A stretch of 64,000 nucleotides of DNA. It comes from an uncultured delta proteobacterium. Lineage in GTDB: Bacteria; Desulfobacterota; Desulfobacteria; Desulfobacterales; QNYZ01. The stretch spans positions 384,001 through 448,000 of the forward strand of contig CAWJQU010000002.1 of NCBI GenBank assembly GCA_963845145.1, in the 5' to 3' direction. Under the pieces are notes generated by a model, which saw nothing but the letters and a program-made list of their open reading frames with translations, made no database searches and was not told where the DNA came from. Shown piece after piece: positions 59,947-64,000 of the stretch. A program made the translations under genes and the position numbers. Every line of letters begins with the position of its first letter. The first letter of the stretch is position 1.

Positions 59947-61300
59947 CCGTTTGCCGGACATGCTCCATCTGCCTACCGACCGGTTATTTAGGCACTTATT
60001 TTATTTAACTGGACAAAATTGGCGATTGATCTTCTGTGGTTTTCTGATCGGACTTTTTAGCATGCTCCCTGCAGCTGAGGGCCAGACCCTCATTGAGTTA
60101 CAGGAAAAGGCCATCCGGAATCGTGCCCTGATCCAAAGATACCGTTTGGCCCTGGAAAATGCCCAGCATGAAACACGTTATCGAAAAGGCCGGTTTTGGC
60201 CGTCCCTGGACGTTGGCTATCGTGCCAATGTGCTTGATGAGGCAACGCCATTTGAATCCAAGGAAAACAGCCGCCTGGGGGGTGCCATCAGCTATAATTT
60301 GTTCAACGGATTTCGTGATCGATACGATCTGGCCGCGGCAAAACAGGCTGAAAAGATCAGCGGCTACGAATTGACTGGTATCGCTCAGGATTTGCAATTG
60401 AATATCGCCCTTTTATATCTGAATCATTTTGAAAAAAAGACATTTTTTAAAATCGTAGAAGATCAATTGGCGTTAATCGAAAAAAGACGGGCGGACACCC
60501 AAAGCCGGTTTGACGTGGGCCTGGTATCTAAAAATGAGGTGTTGCGGCTGACGGTTGAACAGAATGAGGCGGTGCAACGACAGCATCAGGCCAAGGCGGA
60601 TGTGGAAAAAAGCCGCAATCAATTGGCTTTTGCGACCGGCACGGACAGTCACTCGCTGAAATTTTTATTCAACGAATTTGACATATTACCCGAAGTGGCC
60701 ACGATTGAGGAATTAGAAACAAAGATGCTCAAAAACCGCAGCGAACTAAATGCGTTAACGACAACCGTGGCCCTGTTGGTAGAAAATGCGCAAGCCGCCC
60801 GATCCGGATTATGGCCTACGGCGGATATCGCCGCCGGTTACACGCGGTTTGGCGATGATTTTCTATTGGAAAAAGACGATCAATACCAGGATGAAACCCG
60901 TATTCAGCTCAATCTGAATGTGAATCTGTTTGACGGGTTCCGAAAATATGAACGCATTAAACAGGCTCGATTGGCAGTCGCCCAGGCACGCCTCGATTTT
61001 ACCGAACTAAAAAATCGGTTGCTGACCGAGCTGAAAAATCGCTATATCGATCTCACCGTCGCCCGAGAAAATCTCGCCGTGGCGCAGTCGGCCATTGCCG
61101 AGGCCGAAGAAAATGTCCGCATCACCGAGGAAGCCTCCAAGGCCGGGGTGGAAACGGCTACGGATATGCTAAACGCCATTTTGAACCTCTCAACCGCCCG
61201 CTTCAACCTAACTGCCTCCCGGAACAGCGTCTTTCGGAATTATTACTTTTTGCAAAGAACTATCGATGGTTTTACGGCCGAATTCATTGAACAACAATAG
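59921..61300 (+). CDS. TolC-family outer membrane efflux protein; start uncertain
   Basis: Duplicated OEP repeats (WPSLD..NLFNGF; WPTAD..NLFDGF). Confidence 0.88.
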   Translation: MRKLKICFNRLPDMLHLPTDRLFRHLFYLTGQNWRLIFCGFLIGLFSMLPAAEGQTLIELQEKAIRNRALIQRYRLALENAQHETRYRKGRFWPSLDVGYRANVLDEATPFESKENSRLGGAISYNLFNGFRDRYDLAAAKQAEKISGYELTGIAQDLQLNIALLYLNHFEKKTFFKIVEDQLALIEKRRADTQSRFDVGLVSKNEVLRLTVEQNEAVQRQHQAKADVEKSRNQLAFATGTDSHSLKFLFNEFDILPEVATIEELETKMLKNRSELNALTTTVALLVENAQAARSGLWPTADIAAGYTRFGDDFLLEKDDQYQDETRIQLNLNVNLFDGFRKYERIKQARLAVAQARLDFTELKNRLLTELKNRYIDLTVARENLAVAQSAIAEAEENVRITEEASKAGVETATDMLNAILNLSTARFNLTASRNSVFRNYYFLQRTIDGFTAEFIEQQ

Positions 61301-61364
61301 ATTACCGTGGCACCTGTGAAGGGCCGTCGTTCTTGGCGGCCGATGGGATGTCTGACAGGGTCGG

Positions 61365-62273
61365 TTATCTCCGCTGCCGGCCGGCAAACCAAACCGCGTA
61401 GGCGGTTATGATCATCCCGATAAGCTGAATAATGCTGAGACGTTCGTCAAACGCTAAAAACGCGATCAGGGCAGTCACCGGCGGCACCAGATAAAACAAA
61501 GTGGCGATACGCGACACCTCCCCATGACGGATGATTAGAATCAACAAGCTCATCGCACCCAATGATAGAATAATCACCAGCCAGGCCATCGCGCCGATGA
61601 ACTCGGGCGTCCACTCAATGTGCATGGTTTCAAAAAAATAGGCCCCGGTACCCACGAACAAGGCTGCTCCGGCAAACTGCCAAACACCGCTGGTCCTTAG
61701 GTCCTGGCTAGCGACAAATCGTTTTTGGTAAATCGTGCCCAACGTCATTCCCATCAGCGCGGCAATGCTCAGCGATACATTCAAAACACTGAGGACATGA
61801 CCGGTACTTGGCATCAGCCGGGGGCCAAGGACAATCCCCACACCCATCAACCCCATAAAAAGCCCGATCCACTGTGTCTTCGAAACCGTTTCCCCCAGCA
61901 GCGGACGCGACAAAACGGCCGTTAACAGGGGTTGCAGCCCCACAATCAACGCAGTAATACCGGCCGGCATGCCAAATGCAATCGATCCGAACACGCCGCC
62001 TAAATAAACACCATGGAGCAGTATCCCCGACACCAGGCAATGCAACACAACAATGGGCTGCCTCGGCCAGGTTGCCTTTAGCCCAAAGGCGGCAACAATC
62101 AAAACGACCAGAACGATGACAAAGCGATAAAGCAAAAAGGTAAACGGCTCGGCATACGGTAAACCGTATTTGGCTCCGATAAAGCCGGTGGACCAGAGGA
62201 ACACAAAGGTTCCCGGCATTAATCGATACCAATTGGCCGGCTCTTTTTCATTTATGGGCATCATGCTTTTCAA
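61365..62273 (-). CDS. DMT/EamA-family transporter
   Basis: About 10 TM helices; LWSTGF, LQPLLT, LFYLVPP. Confidence 0.9.
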   Translation of the reverse strand: MKSMMPINEKEPANWYRLMPGTFVFLWSTGFIGAKYGLPYAEPFTFLLYRFVIVLVVLIVAAFGLKATWPRQPIVVLHCLVSGILLHGVYLGGVFGSIAFGMPAGITALIVGLQPLLTAVLSRPLLGETVSKTQWIGLFMGLMGVGIVLGPRLMPSTGHVLSVLNVSLSIAALMGMTLGTIYQKRFVASQDLRTSGVWQFAGAALFVGTGAYFFETMHIEWTPEFIGAMAWLVIILSLGAMSLLILIIRHGEVSRIATLFYLVPPVTALIAFLAFDERLSIIQLIGMIITAYAVWFAGRQRR

Positions 62274-62557
62274 TATTTATTAAGTGGTTAAAAAACCGTA
62301 TCCTTTTTAATGCACCTTCATAGGTTTAGTAAACTTCTTTTTAATGGCCATATCCGATCTAGTTTACTTTCACAGAGAACGACTCCCGTCATGATGGTTA
62401 ATATATCAAAAGGTTATATAGACAACGCCACCTTTTTATAAAACCGCTTTCTCCAGGAAAAATGGCCTCAATTTACTTTTCTTTTTTAAATCTATGATTA
62501 TGGTACAATGTACATGTCAGTAGACAATGAATCGCGATATTTAACAGGAGGCTTGTC

Positions 62558-63388
62558 ATGTGGGAATATACCGATAAGGTTAAAGAACATTTTCTGACCC
62601 CGTTGAATGTGGGGACGATTGAAGATGCCGATGGGGTTGGAGAAGTGGGGTCCCTGGCTTGCGGGGATGCATTGACCCTGTATTTTAAGTTAGGGGATGA
62701 CGGTCGCATTGCCGATGTGAAGTTTCAAACCTTTGGTTGTGCCAGCGCCATCGCTTCCTCATCTGCCTTGACGGAGATGCTGAAAGGCCTGACTTTGGAA
62801 GAGGCCAAAAAAATATCCAACGACGATATTGCCGATTATCTCGGTGGCTTGCCCAAAGAAAAAATGCACTGCTCGGTTATGGGTCGGGAGGCCCTGGAAG
62901 CGGCCATTGCCAACTATGAAGGCACGCGGGTCAAGGAAGCCGAAGGTGAGATCGTCTGTGAATGTTTCGGCGTGACGGATCGCCAGATCGAACGGGTGGT
63001 TAAGGAAAACCAGTTGACTTCCATCGAGGATGTAACCAGCTATGTAAAAGCGGGCGGTGGGTGTGAAAAATGTCACGACCAGATTCAGGAGATCATTGAT
63101 TCCGTCCTGGGCAATGAACCCCGTAAGAAAAAGAAAAAAACCAAGTTAACCAATATCCAGAAAATCAAACTCATCGAGGAGACGCTGGAAAGAGAAATAC
63201 GTCCGGCGCTGGAAAAGGATGGCGGCGATATCGAACTTATCGATGTGGATGGTAATGCGGTATATGTGCAGCTGCGGGGGACATGCGCCACCTGCCGACT
63301 GTCCGAGGTTACTTTGTCCGAGTACGTTCAGGCAAAATTACGCGAGCTGGTTACCCCCGAACTGGTGGTTGAGGAGGTGCATCCATGA
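62558..63388 (+). CDS. nifU: Fe-S cluster assembly scaffold NifU (three-domain)
   Basis: ACGD, FGCASA, MHCS, CECFG..GGCEKC, DGGD..CATC. Confidence 0.95.
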   Translation: MWEYTDKVKEHFLTPLNVGTIEDADGVGEVGSLACGDALTLYFKLGDDGRIADVKFQTFGCASAIASSSALTEMLKGLTLEEAKKISNDDIADYLGGLPKEKMHCSVMGREALEAAIANYEGTRVKEAEGEIVCECFGVTDRQIERVVKENQLTSIEDVTSYVKAGGGCEKCHDQIQEIIDSVLGNEPRKKKKKTKLTNIQKIKLIEETLEREIRPALEKDGGDIELIDVDGNAVYVQLRGTCATCRLSEVTLSEYVQAKLRELVTPELVVEEVHP

Positions 63389-64000
63389 CAATGGTTTATG
63401 TGGATAACAATGCCACAACTCAGATCGCACCCGAAGTGCTTGAAGAGATGACGCCGTTCCTTACGGAGTACTATGGCAACCCGTCCAGCATGTATTCTTT
63501 TGCCGGCTATGTGGGAGAGAAAATCAAAGAGGCGCGGCAAAAAGTGGCCCGGCTGATCGGTGCCTCACCGGATGAAATTGTACTTACCAGTTGCGGTACG
63601 GAAAGCGATAGTACCGGTATCCAGGCCGCACTTCGATCCAATCCGGATAAGCGCCATGTCATTACCACTCGCGTGGAACATCCGGCCGTCAGAAGTCTTT
63701 GTGAAGACCTGGCCAAACGCGGCTACCGCGTCACGTTTGTCCCCGTCGACCATAAAGGGAATCTGGACCTGGACTTTTTTTACGATCACCTGTCTGACGA
63801 TACGGCTGTCGCTAGTATCATGTGGGCCAATAATGAATCCGGAGTGATCTTTCCCATCCCTGAAATCGCCGAGGTCCTCCAGGACCGTGGAATTGTCTTT
63901 CATACCGATGCGGTCCAGGCGGTCGGGAAAATACCCATCAACCTGGCGTCCCTTCCCGTGGACATGCTCTCCTTATCGGGACACAAATTGCATGCGCCTA
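63385..64000 (+). CDS. nifS: Cysteine desulfurase NifS; runs off the window end
   Basis: YVDNNATT, YGNPSS, TSCGTES, VEHPAV, ANNE, HTDAVQ, SGHK. Confidence 0.95.
   Translation, partial: MTMVYVDNNATTQIAPEVLEEMTPFLTEYYGNPSSMYSFAGYVGEKIKEARQKVARLIGASPDEIVLTSCGTESDSTGIQAALRSNPDKRHVITTRVEHPAVRSLCEDLAKRGYRVTFVPVDHKGNLDLDFFYDHLSDDTAVASIMWANNESGVIFPIPEIAEVLQDRGIVFHTDAVQAVGKIPINLASLPVDMLSLSGHKLHAP

Noticed and set aside
62558..64000. nifU/nifS as evidence of nitrogen fixation
   Set aside because: NIF-type Fe-S assembly is housekeeping in many anaerobes, and no nitrogenase genes are in the window
1..64000. Numerous antisense or alternate-frame ORFs in the track; tRNA, rRNA, transposase, integrase and phage genes
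   Set aside because: The shadow ORFs lie within well-supported genes and lack motifs; no RNA-gene or mobility-gene signatures were recognised by eye

Overview
This 64 kb bacterial chromosomal window has gene content and motifs suggesting an anaerobic Desulfobacterota (Desulfobacterales-like) host; that assignment is inference. Bases 1-~7300 are a visibly AT-rich signalling patch with two paralogous histidine kinases, a PilZ protein, a receiver, and truncated receiver and MCP remnants. The rest is a higher-GC backbone: ArsR plus SO_0444/DUF318 metal permease, mutM, GAF-GGDEF, korDAB-metF, gdhA-like, an IclR/ABC/proline racemase/amidohydrolase cluster, FecR-OmpA-CHASE2 kinase, a sigma54 activator/VIT-vWA/rhombosortase cassette, pyrC, vapBC, a glycogen operon, Rieske plus peroxiredoxin, an RND pump and nifU-nifS. 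Main signals not shown by the ORF track: (1) a Cys-free BCP peroxiredoxin with in-frame UGA at the peroxidatic site and a SECIS-like hairpin; (2) a possible C-terminal Sec in the metal permease; (3) a GDH homolog lacking its catalytic lysine; (4) a sigma54-controlled VIT-vWA GlyGly-CTERM/rhombosortase cassette with a 1-nt frameshift; (5) a 158-bp nested palindromic element; (6) an unannotated 57-aa Cys-rich protein. No rRNA, tRNA or CRISPR array was seen.
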